Assembly (NCBI RefSeq): GCF_000143415.4
Contig: NW_003314338.1
Location: 444,202 to 508,201, forward strand
Length of the DNA: 64,000 nt
Origin: Selaginella moellendorffii
Taxonomy: Eukaryota > Plantae > Lycopodiophyta
Direction of reading: 5' to 3'
A program made the position numbers and the translations under genes. Positions 22,431-32,869 of this stretch are shown here, piece after piece; positions within the stretch are counted from its first letter, which is position 1; each line of letters begins with the position of its first letter. The notes beneath the pieces were generated by a model, which was not told the origin of the DNA, made no database searches, and saw only the letters and a program-made list of their open reading frames with translations.

Positions 22431-22959
22431 GTGGAGATGATATTGTTATATTGAGTGATAAGGAACATTTTTTAGAGCTTGATTTTTTATGTCACTTTTC
22501 TTGTTAGTGTTTTGGTTTCATATTGGATTTTAAAGGTGATAGAAGAAGAATGTTAGTACAATATAAATATTTGAAGATATAATCTTTGTGATTAAGTCTT
22601 AGATATTTATTTAGATTTTGCAGATGTTGAAAACATAGGCATGATGTTCGATTCTTAGCCTTCTTGGACTCCTTGGACTCTATCTTGGACTCTAGGATCA
22701 TCTTCCACAGTAACTGGAGTTGAAACATGTATAATTATAAGTGAGAAAAATAATGTTTCATAGTGTTATGTCAGTCCTAGAGGGGCTAGGGTAAGTGTAT
22801 GCACAAGTCCTACAAGATCATGACAAAATGATAGTTACAACATTCCTAACTTGATCTACTTTAAAATATTTGCTTTTATACGAAGTAAGAGGCTTCAAAA
22901 ACAAACACCAAATTGCATGATTAACTTAGAAAGCCAATGATGCAATTGCTAGAAGGCAT

Positions 22960-23250
22960 CATCACAGTCGTTAACATATCCAAATGCATATTTGAAAATG
23001 TTTGGGAGAAAATTCTAATTTACATGAGTGGCTGTGCTTAAACCATTGTACCACTTTAATGTTATCTCATAGATATAAGTGGAAAACTTATGCAAATATC
23101 GGACATCATCCCAAGAATAATAAGTGGCAATCACCATAAAATGATTGAACCAAAAATACATATCATTCTCACAAAAGAAATTTAACTGAAAGTAAAGATT
23201 GCCAACAAGAGTAAAAGTTGCACCATATATCCTGAATATCAAAAAGTGGC
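22960..23250 (-). mobile_element. Decayed Ty3/gypsy-like gag fragment
   Basis: WFNHFMVIATYYSWDD...LKWYNGL resembles the retrotransposon capsid motif W...F...A....W.D....WY..L; stops flank it. Confidence 0.4.
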
Positions 23251-25399
23251 CTAATCCCTATGAAGATTTTAGTTTGGAAATGAGTAGGCTTTTAAGAAGG
23301 CCCAAAGATGTTTGGACCAAGATAAATTGGTATATTGCACTCTCGATGACTCCATCTTATACTACACCACCAGATAATTAAAAGATTTAAGCAACTAAAA
23401 GACTAAAAAAATATGTAGGGATTATATTAATATAAATACTAGCAAGAAAATATATAGAGAAAGTCAATTTTTTCTTAATAATATTATAAAATAGCATAAA
23501 AAGTCACAAAAATATTTGTATAAATCCCTTCAAAGCTCAATGGATCAAGCTACTTGCATAATATTGTGAAATTAGATAGGCTATTTTCTTTTAAAATTTT
23601 TTTTTAAAATAACATAAATTATTGTATCAAATTTATCATTTGTGACTAAAGTATTAGTATGCATTTTATTCTCTCTACTTCATTCCCTTATATTATAAAT
23701 TTAATTGTTGATAATAATTTGATTTTCCATCTTAAGTTAAACTATAAGAATAAAAGTAATATATGATTATGAAATAAATTTATTAATTGGTCTAGATTTA
23801 CTTTTAATTTTGACTCAGTAAACATTATATTTTAATGAGTTTTCATATACGTCCACTAAATTTTTTTTAAAAAAAGGAAAAGTTAGTTAAAAGAGTAACA
23901 CTATCAAATAAATATAAAATTAAAGTTTAATATTTTTTTTCTAAGAGTACTGTCTACATAAATTTTGATAAATCCGGTTAAGATTATTAAATTAGATGCC
24001 AGTTATTTAACACTTAACTAATAAAATAATAAAATCTCTTTTTTGTATAGAAATAAATTATTTTTCACGTTTTGGTAACTTGATAGATGATAAAACCATT
24101 ATAATGTAGTTAAAATTATTTTTTATAAAGGTCAAAGAATTGTTAAATTATAAAATGTAATATTTTAAAAGAATTTTGCAGCCTAGTATGATAAGGAAAA
24201 TCAAACACTTAGTACATCTCACTTTCTCTCTTTGGAGTTAAATAACTAAATATCTATTTATGAATCTCATTAAATGGAGGGATGTCCAACTTGCGTTTAT
24301 ATATTTCAATTTAAGGTGCAATTTTTCTTATGATGGTCTTGGATTTTACCAAAACAAAAACCTTTTTAAGTCAATGATTTCATCTTTTCTGTGACACAAA
24401 TTTAATATTAGCATTCAAACCCCTAGTTTTACTCTTCTATATTATGCATTGCAACCATTCCAATCTGGAGAATCTAACATAGCCACAGCCCAGGGACATC
24501 TTGGATCTTGGCAATCAAGTCACTAGATTGGATTAGGGAAGAATTCTTTAGTGTAGATGAATGGTGGTAAAGTGAACATCCTTTCAAACTTATACTGATT
24601 TTCTTCTCCTAGATGCCCTAATACCAAATTTGGACTATTGTGGTTGAATCCTTTTCTCATTCATTTTGTTTCCCTCTTTCTTTTTTAACAGTTTTATTAT
24701 TCTCTTTCCAAGCTGATCAAAGACTACAACTTGGTATGGAAGTCCCAATGATACTAGAACTTTTGGTATGGAATCAAATCTCTACAAATCCTTCTTTTTC
24801 TCTTTTTTGTGATCAATGTCTTTGTTTTTGTTTATCTCTGATGTTAGCATTGGGAGCCTTATCCTGTTCAAAAAAAGTAGAGTTTGTGCTGCATGCTGTA
24901 AGGTATGTGAGATTGACGTCTTTCTCCTGTAAACCATTGTGTCAAAATCTTTTATGCCAGAGCTGACTGCTGGAAATAAAATTGTGATATGAAGTAGGTT
25001 TGTAATGAAAATTGGAGACTAAAAAACAAACTTTCCATTCTTTCCCATAGGCATAAACATTGCTTACAAGTTTTATCAGCTCCTCATCATCATAATAATA
25101 TTTAACCACCTAGCTCTTTAGTCATTTACTACATAATTGGCAACCATCAAACAGGTCACACCATATTTCCTTTTTCTTCTCATTTTTGTTTTTTTTTTAT
25201 TTTTATATTTTGTTTTTCTGCAGTGCACTATCCATTGTTGCTATCACTCTTTTGGAGCTTTACAATTGCAAGGTCCATCTTTGATTTTGCAAGGTCCATT
25301 TCCTCAAGCTAACCTCTCTAAACATCACTTTAGTTGCCCTTAGCTTACCATTGGTTTCCATTAATAGTATCATTAGCTATGGACTTCTTATTACCATAG

Positions 25400-25575
25400 T
25401 GTAAGTTTTTAAATTTGGACTTCTTAAGAGGTTACCCAGTCCAGTATTATTCAAACCCAAGGACGTTTAACCCAAAGTATCATTAAACCTTTAACCGATT
25501 CAAAAATGGGGTGCACTTTTATTCATGGGTCATTTCCTTTTTTATGTGAATCCTTATGGGCTATTTTCTGAGTCA
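25400..25575 (-). mobile_element. Decayed 5S-rRNA-containing (Cassandra-like) LTR copy
   Basis: Starts TGTAAG and aligns with 48647-48840 (GGACTTC...ACCCAGTCCAGTATTATTCAAACCCAAGGACGTTTAACC). Confidence 0.7.
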
Positions 25576-25871
25576 ACCAATAGAGTTGGACCCAAGACAT
25601 TTCTAATACCAAATGTAAACTCATGAATTCAAACTTCTCAAGAGATTGTTGTGAGACACAAATCTTTAAACCCCAAAAAGGTGACATGTGGTAGTGGCTA
25701 AAGCAGAAGCCAAATAAGCATAACACATTTGGATTAAAAGCTCTGACTTGAAAAATCAAGAGCAGGAGTGGAACTCCCAATAAAGGGCTTGAGGAACAAG
25801 CATGAAGTGAGCAATAAATGAGTCTTTAGGAAAGGGACATAAGAGGATCATCACATGACACATAAAAATGC

Positions 25872-26270
25872 CGAGATGGAGTTTGAGATGGACCTGAGAT
25901 GGAGTTTGAGATGGAGTCCAAAATGGACCCAAGATGGACCTAAGATGGAATCTGAAATGGACATAAGATGGAGTCCAAGATAGACCCGAGATGGATCTGA
26001 GATAGACCTAAGATGGACCCGAGATAGAGTCTGAGATGGAGTTTGAGATGGACCTAGTTTAGGGTTTAGGGTTAACCCTAAACCCTAAACTAAGATGGAC
26101 TCAAGATGGAGACCGAGATGGAGATCAAGATTGAGACCGGGACTGAGACTGAGATTGAGATCAAGATCGAGACCACGACCGAGATCGAGACCACGGCTGA
26201 GACCGAGTCTGAGTCTAAGTTCGAGTTTGAGTTCTAGTTCGAGTCTAAGTCCGAGATAAAGTCTGAATAC
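25872..26270 (+). repeat. Compound minisatellite: (GAGATGGACC/GAGATGGAGT)-type 10-mers grading into 6-mers (GAGACC/GAGATT/GAGTCT)
   Basis: Directly visible tandem array. Confidence 0.9.
26055..26092. repeat. Perfect 38-bp palindrome of plant telomeric repeats
   Basis: TAGTTTAGGGTTTAGGGTT|AACCCTAAACCCTAAACTA. Confidence 0.95.
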
Positions 26271-27984
26271 TAATATAGCCCAAAGCGATCGTGCCCCAGG
26301 GGGCGGGAAGAGGTTCCAAAGGTATAGTAGGGAAAGTGTGGAGGTTGGACTTTAGTGGAATCAATTTGGCCAGGAAAGGTTAGTGTGGTCTAGAAAGGTT
26401 ATGCCTATGTGTTGGGTGATGATATAACCACTAGAAAGTCTAAGGCTAGAGTGAATACAGACAGACTAATAGGGTATCTTGGTGAAGTGTTCAAAAGTTA
26501 GTTCTAGTTCCCCCGGGAGATTGAATGGTTGATGCTCCTAGTCCAAGTGTGGGTGGCACTACTTACTTGGATACCTAGTATGGCTCATCGGAATCTCACT
26601 CTAGCCACATGGCTAGGGCACCTAAAGGCGGAAGGTGGGAAGAGTACCTATAAGGCTTGTGTAGGGTTGTAGTGTTTCAAAATGTTGTCCCAGAGTCCTA
26701 GACTGTGGAAAGAAAGAGGAGCAGTCCTTTTATATGGCGATTAAGGACATGGTCATGTGGCAAGGAAATCCAGAGGTCAATAGGATATAGTGGTTGGGCA
26801 TAGCCTTGACTCAATGGCAGTGTTGGCAAACATAGCCATGGACAAAAAAGGATTTGGTGAGGATCGAAATAGAGATATTAGGAAAGGCTATTTCCCATGT
26901 TTATGGGCATTTTAAGGATGCTAAAGAGTGGATCTAGGATGATCACTCATGTTTGGATGGCCCAATCTTTGAGAGATAGGATTGTGATGCAAGTGGTGTT
27001 GGATCACTAGTATCATAAAGGTGAATGAGCATGGCCTTAACGTAATGGGATAATATGTTTGTGGTACCTTTGGGTGTTAGTCATGGGATCAGACACATGG
27101 AGCACTTAGATCAAGTGCAAAAGGTTGAGTGGTATAGATGCCATTCTCAGGGCTAGCAAGTCCCCAAGTCTGGAAAAGTTATCCTCTTAGCCTGGAAGAA
27201 AATAACCGAAAGAAACATATAAGGCCAAAAGCAAGTAGTAAAGGGGTAAAATCAAACTATAGTAATCAAAGTGTATAATCAAGAGTGGTTATATAAGTTG
27301 AGAGTGGAGAATCAAGTGGGTGCTCAAAGGTGTTGCTATTAACAATTGTAATGCCATGAAGAGTCTAAAGTATGGAATTGTTCATATTAAACTATATGGC
27401 AATTAAAAAGCTTGTGAAAGGAAAGACTTTAGCAAGTTAAAGTATAAAGTCCATTCAAGGTTCCCAAAGACAAATCTAGGTAGGTTAGTACTTAGAAAGA
27501 TAAATGTAAATGGTTCATAAGAACGCACAAAATCAAAGTGGCACAACATAAGCATGGTGTTGAAGTTTGACATAAGATGAGGCTATTAAGGTTACAAAAC
27601 TAGTTCTCGAGTGTTCAAATAGAAAGGTTTGAATGAAAGTTGATGGTTAAGGACTTTCATGCTTATACATGAAACCATATTACATAAGTTAGGTGACTTA
27701 TTAAACGAGATTGGCAAGTCGGGGGAACAAAGACCTTAATTGAAAGTGTTGACTTCAAAAGAGGTGGCCCAAAGGCCAAGTATAAAGGAGTCCATACATG
27801 ATCACAAACTTATCAAGTGAGAGGACTTGGTAGTTTGGAGGAACTAAGTTCTTAAACTATGAGCCTTTAGTGTCAAACCATTGATGAATATTAGCTAATC
27901 CAATAAGATATAAATCCCTATGCCCTAAAGTAGAGCCAAAAGGGTGCAATGTGATAGTGGCTAAAGTGGAAGCTAAACGAACAT

Positions 27985-29507
27985 AACATGTTTGGATTAA
28001 AAGCTTTGACTTGAAAAGTCAAGAGCGGGAGTGGAACTCCTAACAAAGGGCTTGAGGAACAAGCACAAAGCGAGCAATAAGTGAGTCTTTAGAAAAGGGA
28101 TACAAAAGGATTAATATATGACACTTGGAAGTGTCAAGATAGACTTGAGATGGACCTGAGATGGAGTTCAAGATGGACCTCAGATGGACCTGAGATGGAG
28201 TCCGAGATAGACTCAAGATGGAGTCTAAGATGGAGTTCGAGATGGACCTGAAATAGAGTTTGAGATGGACCCAAGATGGAGTCTGAGATGGACTTGAGAT
28301 GGACTTAAGATGGAGTCTAAGATGGATTTGAGATGGAGTTCAAAATGGAATCTGAGATGGACGCGAAATGGATCCGAGATGGAGTTTGAGATGGACCCGA
28401 GATAGAGTCCAAGATGGACCCAAGATGATCGAGATGGAGATTGAGATTGAGATTGAGACCGAGACCAAGATTGAGACTAAGATCGAGATTGAGACTGAGA
28501 CCGTGATTGAGACCGAGTCTAAGTCCGAGTTTGAGTTCAAGTCAGACTCCAAGTCCAAGTCCAAGACCGAGTCTGAATACTAATATAGGCTATGGGGTGA
28601 AAGCCCAAAGCCCAAAGCAATCATTCCCTAGGAGGGGGGGTTATAAGGGGTTCCAAAAGTATAGTAGGGATAGTGTGGGGGTTGGACTCCAGTGGAATTA
28701 ATTTGGCCAAGAAAAGCATTAATGTGGCCTAAAAATGCTATACCCATGTGTTGAGTGATGATATAACCACTAGGAAATCCAATGCTAGAGTGAATACGGA
28801 CAAATAAGTAGGGTAGTTGGCAAGAGGTAGCTCTAGTTCCCTTAGGAGATCAAATGGTTGATGCTCCCATTCCAAGTGTGGGTGGCATTATCTACTTGGA
28901 TACCTAGCATGGCTCATCAGAATCTCACTCTAGCCACATGTCTAAGGCACCCAAAGGCAGAAAGTGGGAAGAGTACTTATGAGGCTCAAGTAGGGCTGTA
29001 GTGTTTTGAAATGTTGTCCTAAAGTCCCAGACTATGGAAAGGAAGAGGAGCAATCCTCTTGTGTGGTGACCAAAGATATGGTCATGCAACAAAAAAGTCC
29101 CAGAGGTCAATGGGATATAGTGGTTGGGCCTTCAAGCCCTAACTCAATGATAGTGTTGGCAAACACAACCGTGGATGCAAAAGGACTTAGTGGGGACCAA
29201 AAAAGAGATATTGGGGAAGGTTATTCCCCATATCTACGGGCATCTTAAGGATGCTAAGGAGTGGATCTGGGATGATCACTCATGGATGGATGGCACAGTT
29301 TTTAAGAGACGGGACTGTGATGCAAGTGATGTTGGATTATCATTGTGAGAAAGGTGAATGGGCATGGCCTTAGCATAATAGGCTAATATGTTGGTAGTAC
29401 CTTTGGGTGTCGATCATGAGATCAAACATGTGGAGCACTTGGACCAAGTGCAAAAGATTGAGTGATATAGATGCCATTTTCGGGGCTAGCGAGTCCCCAA
29501 GTTTGGA
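27985..29507 (+). repeat. ~1.5-kb direct repeat, copy 2 (repeat family B), with minisatellite at ~28135-28575
   Basis: Collinear with 25720-27176; differences are mostly C/T and G/A. Confidence 0.85.
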
Positions 29508-29589
29508 ATAGGACTGATGGAGGTGGTGAGTGAGACTCCTCCAAGTGGTCAGAAGTGTGGTTAAGTAACTAAAGTAGAATGAAAAATTT

Positions 29590-29765
29590 AGTCACTTCTA
29601 ATCATTTAGCCCAATACTATTTAAATTTAACGATACTTAACCTCTAAATATCCCAAAAGCATTAATTGATTAGAGAAGAGGGTGCACTCTTGTTTATAGG
29701 CCCTTTCCCTCTATATTTGAACTTTTATAAACTGTCTCTCAAGTCATTCTTTTTAGTTGCTTGCA
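29590..29765 (-). mobile_element. Decayed 5S-containing (Cassandra-like) LTR copy
   Basis: Aligns with 48670-48840 (GCCCAATACTATT...GGTGCACTCTTGTTTATAGGCCCTTTCCCTCTATATTTGAAC...GTTGCTTGCA). Confidence 0.7.
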
Positions 29766-30151
29766 CACAGTTGAGTTGCCATGAGCATCCTTAGATATAC
29801 CCATGACATAGCTCCATTAGGACTTGTATGATGTATATTTCTGAGATCTGTAGTTCCATGTTGAGAATGGCAAAGGACATGGTGGATCAATGAAGACAGA
29901 TCTTAGTGAAGTCACTAGTTTTGCAAAATTTGGTGGATTTCAGAGTCCAAAATAGATTGAACATAAAGATGGCTGCTGTGTTCTTATTATTGATTTAAGA
30001 TTTGCCTTTGCAAAATACATCAGACAAATTCCAAATAAGTCCATAATAGCAAATCTTGAGTTTAAGAAACTTTATGATCATTTCAAAGGTATTTGATTAT
30101 AAAGCATGGCACTCACTTAATTGCATCAAGATATGTCCTTAATAGTATGAG

Positions 30152-30261
30152 CAATGCAAACATATTGACTAGGATGAGCAAAAGGCTTCACTAATCAAAC
30201 TACACTAGTGTTTTTTGATTGGTGAAGCATTTTGCTCATCCTAGTCAATATGTTTGCATTG
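30152..30261. repeat. Near-perfect 110-nt hairpin (48-bp stem)
   Basis: CAATGCAAACATATTGACTAGGATGAGCAAAAGGCTTCACTAATCAAA pairs with TTTGATTGGTGAAGCATTTTGCTCATCCTAGTCAATATGTTTGCATTG, with one mismatch and one G:U. Confidence 0.9.
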
Positions 30262-31175
30262 AAGGTAGTGTAGTTTGTGAAGAGTTAAGGGTGGAAGTGA
30301 AGATTTCTCAAGGTTTCTAGTTACTAGAGGCATTTGGGCCAAATATCATCTTCCTCAAGCATATGGATTATAGGGTAATTGGGTTCTTTGTGCAAGTGAA
30401 GACCAGTCCAAAAAGTGGTAATGTGCAGGTTGCCAAGTCTTCAGACAAGCACAGGAAAGAGTAGTAGTGTGCATCTAATGTCCAGCAATGGTCCCTAGGA
30501 AGATCAGCAAGAGAGCTCTTTGAAGCTAAGAGCATTGTTTTAGCAGTGGCAAACCAGATGTGTCTACATATCTCAACTAGTCCATGACAAAAGACATATG
30601 TATCCCAATTGTGTATACAGCCACAACATATGGATGTAGAAGAGCCAAAAAGAGCTGCTGGCAATCCACTGGAACAGCTGCTGTGTTGTCCTTAGTTGTA
30701 TCCATCTATGTCAACCTCCTTCCCAGAGTAAACTATTCATAGATAATATATTATAAAAAAAATGGATTCTATGATGCCTAGATGCCATATGCAAATAGCA
30801 CCTTTAGATAAGGGAGTATGATTGGATGTTCTTGATTATATTGATGTGGTAACCAAGAAAAGCATTGTGACTTCAGATATTTCTAAAATATAGAGTGGTG
30901 GTAATTAAATATTAATGGGGTTTATATTTGAAAAATAAATAATTTAGATTAAATTGATAGGAAGATCAACTTTCAAATTATTTTTGGAAATAATACTTTG
31001 ACTGGGTTATAATCATCAATTTAATTTAGTGTGATTAAATATGATAATAGATGTATTATTTGTATTAATGAAATTTTTAAGTTTTATATTTTATTATTGG
31101 CTATAATAAAGTATATAGATATACATATATTACATAACAATCCAATTTTTGAAACATTAATTCAGAATTTATAAT

Positions 31176-32042
31176 ATGTTTAAATTAATTTTTATATTTT
31201 TTAATTCATACTGTTTATGCATAACTAAAAATTATGAAAATCCAGAAGGTAGTATAACAATTCGTTTTAGACAAGCAGTAATTATCCCAATTATGTTACA
31301 ACTTATTTCAGAAGTGGGTAAAAGGAAAGAAACTTTTATAGGATTTTCATATTCTAAAGTTATACATAGTAAAAATATAGATCTCTTGGTTACAATAAAA
31401 GCTTTTGATGTACAACACACTTTTAAAGCTTATATTAAATTTTGTACTATAATTCCTACTCTTTACTTAGCTAATAAGGGTATATTTTTAGAAACTCAAT
31501 TTATGATGCTTTTAAATAATCATGTTTTATATGATCTTGTAACTTATAAATCTGCTGAATATATAAGTGATCGTTACTCAATATCTTATGCAGTAGAAAA
31601 ATATGAAAATAATCAATTAATATTTCAAAATTCATATAAAGTTTATCATTCTTTAAAATTTAGTGGAAATGATTGCCTTATTTATAAAACTTGTATTACA
31701 AGTGGACCATTTATTTCTCATTTTTCAATGCTAGTTAGTGGGGCTTTTCTTTTATCTCCAAATCAAATATATATTTTACATATGCAGAATGATTGCAATT
31801 TAGTTCTTTATTATAGGAAAATAGTAGTTTGGAATACTAAAACTGATAAAAAAGGTGTTGGATGTTTCTTAAGAATTCATAAAAATGGCAGTTTAGTAAT
31901 ATATGATAACAATATTAATGTTATATGGTCAAATATGTATTGGAAAAATGATGGGTTTGTATTTTCACTTTGTGTAGAAAATACAGGACATGTAGTTGTA
32001 TATGATACAGATAATCAAATATGTATATGGATTTCAAAATAA
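31176..32042 (+). CDS. Intronless 288-aa protein: unknown N-terminal region plus C-terminal bulb-type (GNA) mannose-binding B-lectin domain
   Basis: C-terminus LHMQNDCNLVLY...VVWNTKT...CFLRIHKNGSLVIYD..NVIWS...LCVENTGHVVVYD has one complete QxDxNxVxY site and two degenerate ones. The N-terminus is hydrophobic. Confidence 0.75.
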   Translation: MFKLIFIFFNSYCLCITKNYENPEGSITIRFRQAVIIPIMLQLISEVGKRKETFIGFSYSKVIHSKNIDLLVTIKAFDVQHTFKAYIKFCTIIPTLYLANKGIFLETQFMMLLNNHVLYDLVTYKSAEYISDRYSISYAVEKYENNQLIFQNSYKVYHSLKFSGNDCLIYKTCITSGPFISHFSMLVSGAFLLSPNQIYILHMQNDCNLVLYYRKIVVWNTKTDKKGVGCFLRIHKNGSLVIYDNNINVIWSNMYWKNDGFVFSLCVENTGHVVVYDTDNQICIWISK

Positions 32043-32461
32043 TTTTAAATAATTTAAATAAATAAATATACTATATGCACTATAAAGATGAAACTATTTT
32101 AAAAAAATTTAATTAACATATTAAATAAAAAATAGTGACTTTTGGTGTATTAAGTTTCAAAAGAGTTAAAAATAAAATAATATACAAATCAAGTAATAAA
32201 GATAATTATATATGACAACAAAGTATTAAAATATATAAAATGCATAATAAAGCCAAGAAAGAAGATAAATATATTATATTAAGAGGTTGTTGTTTAGAGG
32301 AGGGGAGATGAAAAAACTACTAATAAAATATTTAAATTGTAATAAAGTAAAAAGTCCTTAAAACTCTATATTTATGGCTTTAGAAACTAATATCAAATAA
32401 TTTAGAAACCTTATTTGGGCATATGCTAATCCTCTGATCAATAGAAGAGGTGGTGTGAACT

Positions 32462-32602
32462 GAACCTTAGTACTACTTAAATCTAAATAAATTTAACACT
32501 ATTTATCCCAAAACTTTTAACTGATTGAAATTTTTTATTTATGGGAATTTTCCCTCTATATTTAAACCCCAATAAATAATATTTTATTTTCTCTTTAGTT
32601 GA
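32462..32602 (-). mobile_element. Heavily AT-eroded 5S-containing LTR remnant
   Basis: Residual blocks AGTACTACTTAAA, TATCCCAAAAC, TTTATGGG..TTTCCCTCTATATTTAAACCCC are collinear with 48680-48835. Confidence 0.45.
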
Positions 32603-32869
32603 ATAAATGGTGGTACAATATGAATAAAACTAGAAGTTTCATGATAAAGTTTCAATAAAGAAACATGAAATATCATATATAAATCCATAAATAATGGAAT
32701 AATAGAATCCATTTACTTTTGAAATAAAGCAAAGAAATAAATTAGCACCAAAAGGTGGAAATAAATTAAGCCTTTTAATCACTAACAATATCAATACATG
32801 AAGGTGGAAAATTTCTTTGTGAATAAGTTTAGCCAACTACTTTCCATCAATCATCTATATGGCAAAAAA

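Larger units (their letters stand above)
25720..27176 (+). repeat. ~1.5-kb direct repeat, copy 1 (repeat family B), containing a decamer/hexamer minisatellite
   Basis: Collinear with 27985-29507 from TTTGGATTAAAAGCT..GACTTGAAAA to GGGCTAGC.AGTCCCCAAGT.TGGAA. Confidence 0.85.

Noticed and set aside
26055-26092. True telomere or chromosome-fusion site
   Set aside because: Only ~2.5 repeats per side and the same minisatellite continues on both flanks.
25872-28575. Regularly spaced repeats as a CRISPR array; low-complexity ORFs 28340-28583
   Set aside because: Units are contiguous with no unique spacers, the context is eukaryotic, and the ORFs are translations of the minisatellite.
29800-30900. 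Coding-looking stretch upstream of the lectin ORF
   Set aside because: Multiple stops in all frames and no family I can recognise; cannot support a call.
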